Positions 40,101 to 53,000 of a stretch of 64,000 bases of DNA are shown in pieces. Location: NCBI GenBank assembly GCA_050084985.1, contig JBITNC010000001.1:161510001-161574000 (forward strand), read 5' to 3'. Every line of letters begins with the position of its first letter. Positions within the stretch are counted from its first letter, which is position 1. A program made the position numbers and the translations under genes. The notes below the pieces were generated by a model. The model was not told the origin of the DNA. It did no database searches and was given only the letters and a program-made list of their open reading frames with translations. Source of the stretch: Nageia nagi. Taxonomy: Eukaryota; Plantae; Pinophyta.

Positions 40101-42074
40101 TGCAAAGTTGAGGTGCCCATATCTTAAATGGTAAATCAAAATCTTATCATCAATATTAAAATTAGAAAAATTGGATATTTTCTCACCAAATTTAAGAGGA
40201 AACAATCTATTCTTTGTCATGGAAACAATGTTGACATGTTTATGCACTTGATTTTTATCAAAAATTATACATTTTCTATCCTCAAAACCAAGCTTGTAGT
40301 TCTTTTCCATCATTTTCCCCACACTCAACAAATTGTGTTTTAATTTTGGAATGAAATATACATCATTTAGCTTCTTGTTACCTTTATTTTTAGACACCTC
40401 CATAGCTCCCATACATTTAGCTTGAATGGCTTTATCATATTTAGGTGTGATTTGGGACTTATAGGAGTCATTCATAACATAAAACAAATCTCCCTTGTTG
40501 GTCATATGGTTGGAGCACTTTATGTCAAGAATCCATGTATCATATTGATTTTGAACTGATGGGCATAAGATATGAACAAGGTGGAGGATGTATCCTTCTT
40601 ACCATAGTTGGCACATTGGTCCCCTTCTTGAGAAGCTTTCAATCTACATTCTCTCTCAAAGTGTCCATACTTGTTACACTAGTAACATTGCTTGTCTCTT
40701 TTTTCACCTCTTGGAGAATCCTGTCTACCTCTTCATTGGAATCCTCCTCTATCTTAGAAGCCACCTCTCCTTCCTCTTACTTTATAGTATCTATATCTTC
40801 TTCTACCTTGATCTCCCCCTTGAACACTAGTACTAGTGTCACTTCTCTAGAAGTGAAGGCCTTCTCTTCCACACTCCTAACATGGGAAGCTAGAATAAGC
40901 CTTTCCTCATGTGATATCAAGGAACCAATGAGATTATCAAGAGTGAGAGTGCTCATAAATTTGGTCTCTTCAAACATGATAGTGATTTGGCTCTATTTGG
41001 GAAGAAGTGTTCTCAACACTTTCTTAACTACAATATAATTTGTGATCTCCTCTCTAAGTGTCTTCATCATTTAGATACAAGTATTCACTCTCACATAATA
41101 CTCTTAAACTTTCTCATCCTCTTTCTACTTTAAATTTTCAAACTTTATTTTCAAAGTTTGAAGCCTCACTTTCTTCACTTGGTCATTGCCTTGGAACCCA
41201 TCTTTCAAGACCTTCCATGCATCCTTTATTGTATTGCAACTAGAAATCCTTGGTAAGAGCCTCTTTTTTGATGTTGATTGGAGATGGTAGATAGCAAAAG
41301 AATTCTTCTTTTGATCCTCTCTTTTAGTAGGTCTATCAACTTGAGGAAATGTACCTAATCTAGTTTTGTATATCCATCCTTAATGCCATCCCATATTCCC
41401 TTACCTATGATAAAATGCTTCATCTTCAATTCCCAATATTCATAATCCTCATCATTGAACTTTGGTATGGGAAGATAATTCACTCCAAAAGGCATCTCAC
41501 TCAGTTCAATAATAGTTGTAAAAACTATAGGCCTATTTGGATGACTTTTTGCAAAACATGATAAATTGTTGCAAAGTACCCACAACCTCTTCAAACCCAA
41601 CTAAGATCAAGTAGCTTTGATGCCAATATGAAATAATATATAATAATTGAACATACTATAACATATATCAATTATAAAATTCAAGATACAATTTATAGGA
41701 CCTCAATGCATAATATATCTAAGCTCATGGAGGTTACAAGTTTGAGCAAAGATGAATGTTATATATTGTTATACAAATCGACTAAGAATATACTAAAATT
41801 ATCTAAATGAGAGTTACATTATTCTTCTAGAACACTCTCCCATCATCCTAGACAAGAAAGGACCTTACAACAATGTGCAACTAAGAAAAACATATAATAA
41901 TATCATAAATACTTATATCTATCAAAATGTAGTAGGTCTCCAGAAATGCAATCATATTTTAAAAACATAATGGATGCAGGCATTTTGGAAACTCATAGGG
42001 TGATGGGGTTTAGGAAATGTGGGGCTATTTAAGAAATGTAGCTACATTTTACTCTAAAGGGTCTACAAAATTAA
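37174..42074 (-). mobile_element. Ty1/copia retrotransposon (Ivana/Ale-like), near full length, decayed
   Basis: LTR pair ~37174-37594 and ~41627-42074, both outer ends damaged. PBS TGGCATCAAAGC at 41614-41625; PPT at 37595-37604. All pol domains are present. Confidence 0.92.
37640..41520 (-). pseudogene. copia gag-pol
   Basis: IPKFNDEDYEYWELKM; LIGSLISHEER; CSNHMT; HLRYGHLNF; SDICGPM; YTPQQNGVA; WVYK..HKARLVAKGF; FEMKDLG; KRILRYVKGT; SSRKQTIISLSS. Confidence 0.93.
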
Positions 42075-42336
42075 ATATTTTGTTTGCTTTCATTTATGAA
42101 GACTTGCATTTTGGTATTATGATGATGTGAGAAGGTTTTTTGTGTGTTAAGGTATTATATTTTTCACACTTGCATGATTTTACACCATAATTTTGTTATT
42201 GTAGTGGTGTGGTAGGGTTTTGTGTGTGTTAAGGTCTTATTTTTCTTATACTTGCATGATTTTATCTATAATATTATGGAAAGGGTAGGGGAATTTCATT
42301 AATGCATGCTCATGTTAGTCTCTAACAATATATTGG

Positions 42337-42369
42337 ATTATGAGTTTGGGGCAAGCCCAAACTCATAAT
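42337..42369. repeat. Perfect 14 bp hairpin
   Basis: ATTATGAGTTTGGG-gcaag-CCCAAACTCATAAT. Confidence 0.9.
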
Positions 42370-42566
42370 TTTTAGAATATATAATGTATTATTATGTAAG
42401 CTAGTCTTTACATGGGATCTAAGTTTTAATAATCCTTTTATCTAATTTCCAATTTTATCACTTTTAGGTATTTAGTGATAAAATAGGGAATTACATAAAA
42501 AGATTATTAATACTTAGATACCATATAAAAACTAGCTTAAAAAATAATAAACTATATATTCTAACA
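42370..42566 (-). repeat. Palindromic LTR-like element (91 bp arms, 11 nt loop) followed by a copia PPT
   Basis: Arms 42372-42462 and 42474-42564 are about 85% complementary. It ends TTCTAACA, followed by CTCCTCCTTA (minus-strand PPT TAAGGAGGAG). Confidence 0.75.
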
Positions 42567-42576
42567 CTCCTCCTTA

Positions 42577-43582
42577 TGTAAGCTTCCAAAAAATGGGGTG
42601 CAAGAAGCTTTGGAGACCCCACACTTGGGGCCCCTCCCCTCTTGGGAATATCCAAATTGAAATATCTAAAATATTGCTTGAAACATGATTAGATAATAAT
42701 AAAATGAAATGGGAATAAATTTTAATTTTTTTTTTCCTTTTTAGTGCAATACCCAAGACTCCAAATAACCTATAAAACAAGAGATAAGAGAAGGTTTCTA
42801 AGTTCCAAGTCCTTAAGACCCTAAAACCATCTAAATATAGCTAGATAGCTTGTAAGCCTCCAAACCTTGAATCCATAAGGCATTAGAAGATAATACAATG
42901 CCTAAAATTCAAGCTAACATAAAACTAAAAATGGAATAACTAAAAACAACGACTAAAATATTCTATTCTATCCTAAGTCTACTAGAGATTAGCCTGGAAA
43001 ATGCTAATATGCAACTACACACCAATATAGTAATAATAAACCAAAAGGATATGTGATGTGAACTCTTGAATGTCCTATAAAACATGTAAAAATAGTCAAA
43101 ATAGATATTAGTACCACAAAAACCAAAGCCACATGAGTTACCCAATGTTTCTTGCAAGATTAAGAAAAAAATACTCTTTTTGTTACCTTTGAAAGTGATG
43201 GGTGAAGCTCCAAATGGATGGTATGATGACCAAAGCTCAAGTACATAATCTAGAGTCCCTAGGAAAATAGGAAGTCATGAGGTATCCATTGTGTAAATTG
43301 AAAGCTTAGTTTTAAAAGCTAATTTTGAATTGAATTTTATATAGGACTAGTCAATGGGCTAGTTAGGGTTTTAACCTAACTAGTCAACTAGTTTCCTAAT
43401 TAATAGGTTGATTAGGTTTCAAGATGATAAGGTGGTAATAAAAGGCTAAGTTACCAAACTTGACCACATGAACAAGGTTGGGATAGGGTGGAGGGATGAT
43501 AATATCATGATGAGCTATAGGATGGACTAAATCATTACAATTTACCTAAGGTAGAAGAATGAATGATTTTTAGGTGTCTACA
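42577..43582 (-). repeat. 3' LTR of the Ogre/Tat element
   Basis: TGTAAG...TGTCTACA; collinear with 59671-60681. Confidence 0.95.
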
Positions 43583-43960
43583 GATACCCCTTTTTGTGCT
43601 AGTTTTTTGTGATATGAGAAATAAGATTTTGCAAGATGCAAAATATGGTATAAAAAATAGGTGAAGTGTGTGCGATGTGCTAATTATAATATGATATAAA
43701 TTATCATGTTGAGATTACATATGGATATAACACCTCATGGTACCAACATTATCAAGTAATAACTAGTATGCATCTCGATGCGATGAACTATCCTACAAGC
43801 GATAAAGATGTACTTATGGCTATAACACCTTGTAGTGCGAATAGTATCATGTTGTAACTAGTTCATACTTAAAATGATAATATGTGATAGAGCTAAAAGG
43901 TAAGTGATCATAAAATAAAATTGAAAATTGAAATTGTATGAACTAACAAAAAAAGCAAAT

Positions 43961-44125
43961 GATCTTTGCTTTACCCGAGAAGTCAAAGGGTGAAGTGATT
44001 CTACTTTGCCCTAGAAATTGAAGTGTGAAGTGATTCTACTTTACCCCAACAATTGAAGGGTAAGATGAAAAGGAAAAATGATTTCTACTTTATCATAATA
44101 GTTAAAGGAAAACATGATATGCTTT
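43961..44125. repeat. ~35 bp tandem repeats in the Ogre 3' UTR
   Basis: GTGATTCTACTTT(A/G)CCC....TTGAAG units, 4-5 degenerate copies. Confidence 0.7.
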
Positions 44126-45539
44126 ATAAGATCATCCTGAACATTTAACCCAAGTCTAGTTTTGATGCATGAAAAGTCATATAAGACTGAGTTGAAAACA
44201 AGGATTGTAGGCTTATAGACCTACCAGGTGTTTAATTGTAGCATACAGGCATGTGACACTAGAACAAGATACCATTGTGAGTGGTAAATAATGTAGGTGA
44301 TAAAGTGTAATATGGACATTCTCATTTTATAAAAAATAGATTACACTTATAGGGTTGTGTAATAAGATAATATGATTGGGATCATAAAAAAGATAAGTAT
44401 ATATCCCTCAAGCAAGAATATGGGAGTAGGTATTAGGATAGGGTTTGAGCATCTTATTGATCAAAAAGTGAGAATGTAAATGAGGAAAAAGGATGAAATA
44501 AAACTAGTTGGTCTACTATAGAATATCTAGAACTAACTAATGGGACAACTAAATAATTGGTGGGATGGATAGGATGCAAAGGTAATAAAATGAAAAAGCT
44601 AATTCACTTTTGTCATTTTGTACACCTTCCCCCTTAATAATAGAGCTTTGATCATGAGATACCATTTGATTCTAGAGCACACTATAGTGATCAACAAATG
44701 ACAAAGAGAGATGATGATAGTAGCTAGCAGATGATAAGACCCACCACGTAGCCCACTAGGAGGAGGCAACATCTTGCACAAGTACATAAGTATTGAAAAA
44801 GTTGACTATTTTTAATTTTAAGATTGTAGGATTTTAGATCATAGTGACATTAATCGACAAAATGAACTTTATTTTTTATTTTGATAGTTAAAATGGGAAC
44901 AAAATGAGAAAAACATAAGGATAACACAAAATCTAGGGCATCAAGTTTTGACCAAAAATAGTAGATGAAACTTAGCAAACTAGGAGCTAAAATGATCATA
45001 AGGATATGTAGAATAGTTTCATGAATGCAAAGTTTTAGTTTAGGGCCTAAAAGTCTAGGATTTTATATATTTTTGGGGTCAAGTATAAGGTATTAGATTT
45101 GCTAGCCAGTGGGCTGTAGACTAGTCCCAATTTAGGGGTTGGCTAGGAGCCCATCACTTAGGACTTAGCTGACCATAGAAAGGTTGACCGATTGACTATC
45201 CAATTGGTCCATTAGCCAATCTACAAGATGTTAGCTAATTCAAAATAACTAACCTATTGAAAATTGATTAGGAATGGACATAAAAGATAGGATGCAAGAA
45301 ACACAAAAAAAAACATAAACAAATCACAAAAACTTACATGATTGGTAAAGTAGGATTGATAAGACTAGGAAAACATAGATGAGATGACTAACTTAAAATC
45401 AAGAGGACTAACTTAGCAAAAATATGGATAGATTAAGAATGAAAAAATTATTAACATAGGACTTGTTTGAATGGGTGTTAGGTTAAGACTTGGAACAAGT
45501 TCAAGCCTATCCTAAAGTATGTGCATAGGGAAAGCGATG

Positions 45540-47520
45540 ATGAAGAATGGATATGGTTGGAGGTGGTGGGTTTGTCTAGAGTTGCATGATTGAGGATAGT
45601 CACATTTGATTAGGCACACATCTATACCTTAGTGGATTGTTGGGAAGCCTAACACAACACCTTACATTTCCCCATCAGGGAGATGATGATCACACTGGAG
45701 GATATCTATCCCATCTTTTGAATGCATATCAAGGGGAGGATGTTAATAGTAATAACATCCAAGATCCATACCATGTAGTTAAATTTTGGATACAGCTAGA
45801 AAACTATCAACATGGGCCATGAAGTGGTATACTATGCTATAACATATGAGGGGGGGCTACTAACTACATAGGAGATGATGGTGATGACCATCATCAATAG
45901 CTTCTTACTACTAGATACTAGTGGATACAAGATCCCTTGGAATCTAATAGACATAGTGAATGATATTATGGAAAAGGGGACCATATATACATGGGCCCTA
46001 ACCATCCTCTAGTTGATATACAGATAGTTGGCCAACCTCTAGAGAGGTAGGGTTAGGATCATAGGTTATCTATTAATTTAGATATGGGCATGGGAGCACA
46101 TGTGAGTGGCACATCCCCATATCCTACCATATGATGTACAAAACATAATAGAGGTTGATCTAGAGGAACTCATGGTAGCTTGAGAGATACCATACACTAG
46201 TCAATGGGCAAGAAAGAATAAGTTTCCCAAGAGGAGACCAAATGAGGGAATGTATACCTTGAACTAGAGTATGTGGGTTAGCCTATACACTAAGGATTTG
46301 ATATTTTGGCCATGGAGGGGAGGCCTATTATGGGAAAAGGATGTAGAGCAACCAACATGTGTACATAAATCTTATGAATTACATGGGAAGAGGATAAGGG
46401 GTATGGAGGTATTCAAATATGAGAGGGTGACCCTCCACCACAAGGTTAGATAGGATTTCTCACTGGAGCTCATCCTCTATAGGCACATTGAGGCATAAGG
46501 AGACTTATTACAATGACATTACATAGAACCTAATGTAACTCTAGATGTAGTGATGGTGATACCTAATGTTGATGATGAGGGTACAACAATAGAGTATGAT
46601 ACATGGTGGGCTTCATAGTACGAGTGAGTAGTCATAAGTGGGGTGTTATAAGAATCACCTCTTATAGTAGTAGGAGGATAGGGGTAAGGAGGAGTGGTGA
46701 TAGTAATGATAGCACTAGTAGTAGTGCCAAGTGTACCTATGGAACTAGGAGCAAAAGGATGTTGATAATAGAGGCTATAGAAGGAGAGGATGACCCCTTT
46801 GACTAGGAAGTATTTGATGTAATCTTGGGCACCTTTATAGGTGAGCAGGAGGCTCACAAGGTGAAGATTGTAGTAGAGCATGATTAGGAATTGGGTGAAA
46901 GGGAAAAAATCCTATATCATAGAGATGCAATGATTGTAAAGAGGGATGTTGTAGTAGTAAGCAAGATGAACTACAAGCATAGATGGATGGGTTAAGGGTG
47001 TAGCTAGATGTAGTTGTAGCTAAGGGGCATTGCTATAACATTTTTTGGTAGCTACCATGAGGATACATGTCCCACATTTAGTGGTGGATACCAAGATAGA
47101 TAAGGCTACTTCATAGGGAAAAGTTGATGTTGCTATGTAGATAAAGGGGGTGATGATCACATAGCATGTCTATTGGATGGAACTAGATGAGTGGTAGTGA
47201 GAGGCAACGAGGGAACTCATCTTGCAAGGAGAGTTGTTGACTATAGGTATCATAATGATTGAGCTAATATATGGTGGTAAATTTCAATCATGGACCAAGA
47301 TTCATACCCATATGACTACTATAGAGAAGAGTATGAGGAGGCTGAGCAATAATCTCTTAACTAGTGTAGGTTTGATAAGCATAGTTCTCAAGTTGTCTTA
47401 GGCACTAGGAGGACTATCAAAGATCATAGGTATAGAGGGGTTAGGTGAGATGCCTACTCCCCCCAAGCAAGGTCATAGTAGGTAGGAGTGATCACCTAGG
47501 CTATAGAGACTATAATTTTG
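45540..47520 (+). pseudogene. Antisense accessory ORF with plant mobile domain (PMD, aminotransferase-like/MAIN family)
   Basis: LVDCWEA*HNTLHFPIREMMITLEDIYPIF at ~45630-45715 compares with the PMD consensus ERW..ETHTFHLP.GE.TITL.DV. DLIFWPW...MEVFKYERV in ORF 46271-46453 compares with W.PY...E...RV.RQFG. An R/E-rich tail follows; the 3' end is approximate. Confidence 0.8.
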
Positions 47521-50089
47521 ATTAAGATTGTGTCAAGGACCCAAGAGCACATATTTTTTATCATTTTTTTACTTTTGAGTATGTATGAGTATGAGACTAT
47601 GTATGATGGATATTTTATCTACTTTTTGATATATTATATGATAGATTGATGGTGATTTTTGTTATATGTATGCATTGTGGCTTATGGATGGATAGACATG
47701 CATTGTACCGATGATTTTTGACCTATGCTTTACATGTGCATTATGGTTTTATACATGTGATGCGTATGGTTTACTTTTGTGTAAGAGATGTACCTAGGTG
47801 ATGACATAGCTAGATGTGTGGACATGTACATGGGACATTATGATATGCAACTATATGATGTGACATCATGTGATGGTTTTTCTTATATGTATGCTTGTAC
47901 TTATTGCTATATGTGAATGGATGATGAAACAAAATGGAATGAATGTAAGGCAACATGATGAATGCATGAATAAAAATATACACATAAATAGCAAAGAAAA
48001 TGAATAACACATGCAAACATTAAATGCATAGAATGACATAAGTAAAAGACACAAAAACTGATTAAAGATAACAAATGAACCACACAAATGCATGTGATAA
48101 CAATAAAATGAACTCAATATGAACATAAATATGATCTTAAAAGACTTAAAATGATCCTAAAGGAAACTCTAGAATGAGATTAGAAGGAATGTAAAAGAAA
48201 CTTGTATGGTTAATCACATGAGTATTAAAATGGACATGTATGTATAAACACATAGCGCACAAATATAAAATTACAAGTGAAAATAAACATTGAAAAGATA
48301 AAGTAACTTCACATAACAAAATGTATAAACTTGATAAAGAAAATGAGAATGAAAAAAATGATAACAAGAAATGATAAAAATATACTAAAAAGATAACAAA
48401 AGATAATAATGACACATAAAAATAAGCTTGATGATACAAAAATGTATGGACAAGAGAACCACATTTACAAGCAAACACAAAAGTCTTACGAAAAGTGAGC
48501 CAAAATGCTTCTATAATATTGTCAAATTTTTATCATAATGATGCGTAAAAGAAGGTAGGGAACATGTCATAAATACCCACCCTAGAATACTTGATTTATG
48601 TTAATAATGAAAATTACAAATACAAACAAATTTGGGATGCTTCCAGAACACAACCAAATTGAGCCAAAACAAAACCATAGAGAAAATGACACCTTTGAAA
48701 AAGTTAAAAATTATGAAATTTGGTGAACAATAACAAGCAACCACATTGGAAATTTTATGAACTATCTTAATGATATGATGGAAGGTAGTACAGTATAACT
48801 ATAGGATCAAATGATTTGAAAATGGAGTCTATTCGACCTATTTATGAAGCCCGAACTAGAGGAAACTTATCAAGGTACAAAACCCTTCAATGGTCATTGA
48901 AAAGGTGTCATTTCAATGAGCCCTAGAGTTGGATTTTGAAAAGACCTCAAATGATAGGCTATGGACTTGAAACTTGACATGAATATCATATTTATGATTA
49001 GAAAAAAATGGATTTGAAAATATAAATCATTTGATGCATAAAAAAGATAAATCAATAGCCAATTTTTACAAGGATCAAATTTTAGGACCTCTATCTCTAA
49101 AATTTGAAATCATAACAAATAACTTTGAAATGCAACAAAACTAAATGATGTGACTCAATATGATCTAAAAAGATCAAGAAACACTAATTTTAGAAAATGA
49201 AGGAGAAAATGATGATGTTGGCATGCATACATACTGAGGCACCACATGACATGAATCAGCAACTTTGAGCAAGTAGAAAATGACCAAGATGAACAAAATA
49301 AATGAAACAAAAGTTGTCAACTTGAAGACTATTGATAAGCACAATAACAAAATACCAAAAAATGACTAGTTTAGGTGGCAAGAAGCAAAAACACAAGTGA
49401 CAAAAATTGCTAAACAATAAGACATGAGATGCAAGGTCGAAGGATGCCAAAGTGTATCCCAAGTCATTTGCAACATAAGTAATTCCCTTAGAAACCATGA
49501 TAATCACCACCTAGGTTCAAACTTGAGGGAATGATGAAAGATAACCCGAAATGGCTATGACCCAAGTGGTTATGTCTTCATCAGGAAGTGCGGATGAGAT
49601 AAGATGACCAAAGTCAATGAATGGACCTACATTACATAAGGGACCAACTTCCATGCATGTATAGGACTATACTTGCTTTATTGGGGATCTAAGAGATAAT
49701 TTCCAATGGTCAACCCTAGAAGAGGACCAATATTGATACCAAATGATATGAGCAATGTAAGTGATGAAGCATGATGAAAAATGCATAAATGAAGAAAGAA
49801 TGTGATAGAGGTGGTTAGGAGATTAGTGACTATTGTCCTAACCTATAGTGCACATAAGTGTGAAACTACCAAAAGAGGGATAGACTTGAGTATCAATTCC
49901 TAATGGGATGATCCATAATGAAATGACACAAAGTGATAAAATACCCAAGAGAGAGATGAGCACCTACATATAAGGTATCAATCCTCTAATTTGGGTCAAT
50001 GGAAAATATGAAGGTGATCAGGATGACATGAACAAAGAAACATAAAAAAAGGATACAAAGAAAGACATGATAAACAAAAATCAAGCATA

Positions 50090-53000
50090 AAAAGGATGAA
50101 GATGGATGATATTGATAGTCTCAAGTTCTTCTCATACTTCTAAATCAAGGAGATGGTAGAAACTTAAATCAATATTGTGCTTAACTATGTAGGGACCTAT
50201 CCAATTATGAGAAAAACTATCCCTAACAAGATGTTCAAGATGGGATTGCTACTAGTTCTCTTTCAGGACAAGGTCACCAACTTGGAACTCATGAGGTTGG
50301 AATTTCTTGTTAAATCCTTGATTAAGATGTTCTTAGTAAATATTTTCATGCTCAATTGTATTGATGCACCTCTCATCAAGTAATGTAATTTAGTTGGTCC
50401 AACTAAGATTGATGAGCTTCTTCATCAAGGATAAAGTCTTTGAGTGACACTTGCAAGAAAGGTATCTCAAGCTCAAGAGCCATGATAGCCTCTACACCGT
50501 AGATAAGAGAGAAAGGAGTAGTAGCCATGGGCATTTGAATACTAGTGCAATATGCCCCCAATGCATACAAAAGATTCTCATTCTAATTATGATGATTATC
50601 ATTGACCATTTTCTTGAGAATCATGATGATTATCATATTAGTGAATTCATTACCTTGAGGGTAGTTAGGCATGGAGAATGATTATTTAATATGATATTGA
50701 TTACACATTCTCCTCATATATTGATTCTTAAATTTAGGATTATAATTAGTAAGGATCCTAGTAGGAATACCAAATTGACATATGATATGAGTCTATATGA
50801 AAGATACTATCTTGGGACTAGTAGTAGTGATTAAAGGAACTACCTTTACCCACTTGGTAAGGTAATTGATGGTAGTGATAATGAACTTATGATCACCATA
50901 TGATGGAGGGAAAATTGACTTATGAGATTGAAACCCCACTGAGCAAAAGGTCACAAGGCATGGATGGGTTGAAGAGGCTTAAAAGGAACATGTTGAAGAT
51001 GGGCATGTTGCTAATACTTGACACATTTATTTACATACTCATTACAATCATGTTCTATGGTAGGCTAATAATAACCCATTTATAGGATACATTTAGTGAT
51101 AGGAGTATCATAAAATTTTTCATCATAAATACCATTATGACAATTTGACATGGCAATTTACTCGGCATAAATCTTAAGGAAACAAAGGAATCCATCAAAA
51201 TATAGCTTATAAAGGATATCACCAAGAAGCTCATACTAAGTAGCACAATGCTTGAAATAATGCTTCTTATTCAATGACATATCTAAAGGTAAGGTATTCC
51301 ACTTGAGGTACTATGAAGTTGCTTATACCATAAGTCTCGAGACTCAACTAATATCTCACCAACACTAGCTTTGATGAAATGGGCAGACATGGGAGACTTA
51401 AGGGATGGCTCCTTAATGGTCACAACTTCTACATGCTATATGTGTTGATGTGGATTAGGTGGAATAAGTGACCCTAAAAAAGCCATATCTGCAAACTAAT
51501 TAGAATACCTGGGGGTTGAATTGATCTTATAGGCTTTGAAGAACTTTAGGATTCTAATAGCCTCTTCCATTTAGGACCTAATGAGTTCACTATGACATTG
51601 ATAAATTCCCAATAATTAGTTTTAAACTAAGAGAGAGTCACTATAAATCATGAGTCTCTCAATATTAAGGTTGATGGTAGTCCTAAGACCTAGGATCAAG
51701 GCTTCATACTCTACATTGTTATTGGTATAAGGAAACTCAAACTTGAATAAATAAGGAATTGGGACACCTTGAGGAACAAAGAAAACAACTCCCATACCAC
51801 CCCCTTGCTCACACTTAGATTCATCAAAATACATAGTCATGTCAAATTCCTCATGTGTATCAATAGGTTTCTCCTCTTTATCAATCTTAAAGATATCCTT
51901 GCCAATGTGATTAATATCAAGAGGAAAGTTTTCATGCAAAGGGGCTTTGACAAAATAATCAACTATAACCTAACCCTTAATGGATTTTTAACTAACAAAC
52001 TCAAGGTCAAACTCCAAAAAAAAACATGAGCTACTTATATGTTCATTAATTATGATAACTATTTCTGATTATATGTTGGAGGGGATTAGCATGAGAGATT
52101 ATATAAGTCATGTGATTAAGCATGTAATGAGATAATTTCTTGGTAGCAAAGATGATGGAAAGGCTCTATACAGATGTACCTAACCTCATAATCAATAAGG
52201 ATAGGACTAAGATAATAAATGAATTGCTTCTTACCTTACATGTTCTTTTGAGCAAGCATGACTCGTAAAGAAAAATTGGTTCCCAAAAGGTAAAGGTTGA
52301 AAGGAAGACCATCCCTAGGAGGGTTTAAGATAGGGGGAGTGGTGAGATAGTGTTTAATATCATTGAGAACTTGTTGGCACTTATCATTCCACTCAAATAC
52401 CATGCCATTCTTTAAGAGCTTGTTGTTGGGTTGACACTTGTACAAAAGTTGAGCTATAAATCAACAAATGGCCTAGATCTTACCTTAGAGATTCCTCAAG
52501 CTCTTAAGATTATGAGGAGGAGGAATATTGTTGATATATTTGATATTTTTAGGGTCAATCTCAATTCCTTGCTTAGACATGATGAAACCTAAAATCTTAC
52601 TTTATGTGGCACCAAAAACACACTTCTTAGGGTTGAACCTAACATTTTTCTCAAGAGGATGATGAAATACCCTATGAATAACATCCCAATATCCTTCATG
52701 TGGCTTATACTTGGATATAATATCATCAACATAATATTACATGATGTTGTACATCATGTAATGAAAGATTAAGCCATGGTTCTTTGATAGGTAGCTCCAA
52801 TATTTTTAAAATTGAAAGGCATGACTCGATAACAATATGTTCCCCAAGGGATGGTGAAGACCATTTTATGTTGATTGTCAAGGTTTAACCTAATTTGGTT
52901 ATAGCCTAAAAAACCATCCATAAGGGACAAAATATCATACCTTGCAATATTTTCAACTAAGATATTAATGTTGTGTAGTGGGAAGTCATCCTTAGGATAT

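Noticed and set aside
43961-44125. 35 bp periodic repeats as a CRISPR-like array
   Set aside because: No unique spacers and no cas genes; it lies in the 3' UTR of a plant retrotransposon, where tandem repeats are common.
47810-48478. Hydrophobic minus-strand ORFs as an env-like or membrane protein
   Set aside because: They arise from T-rich low-complexity 3' UTR sequence, with overlapping frames and no motif.
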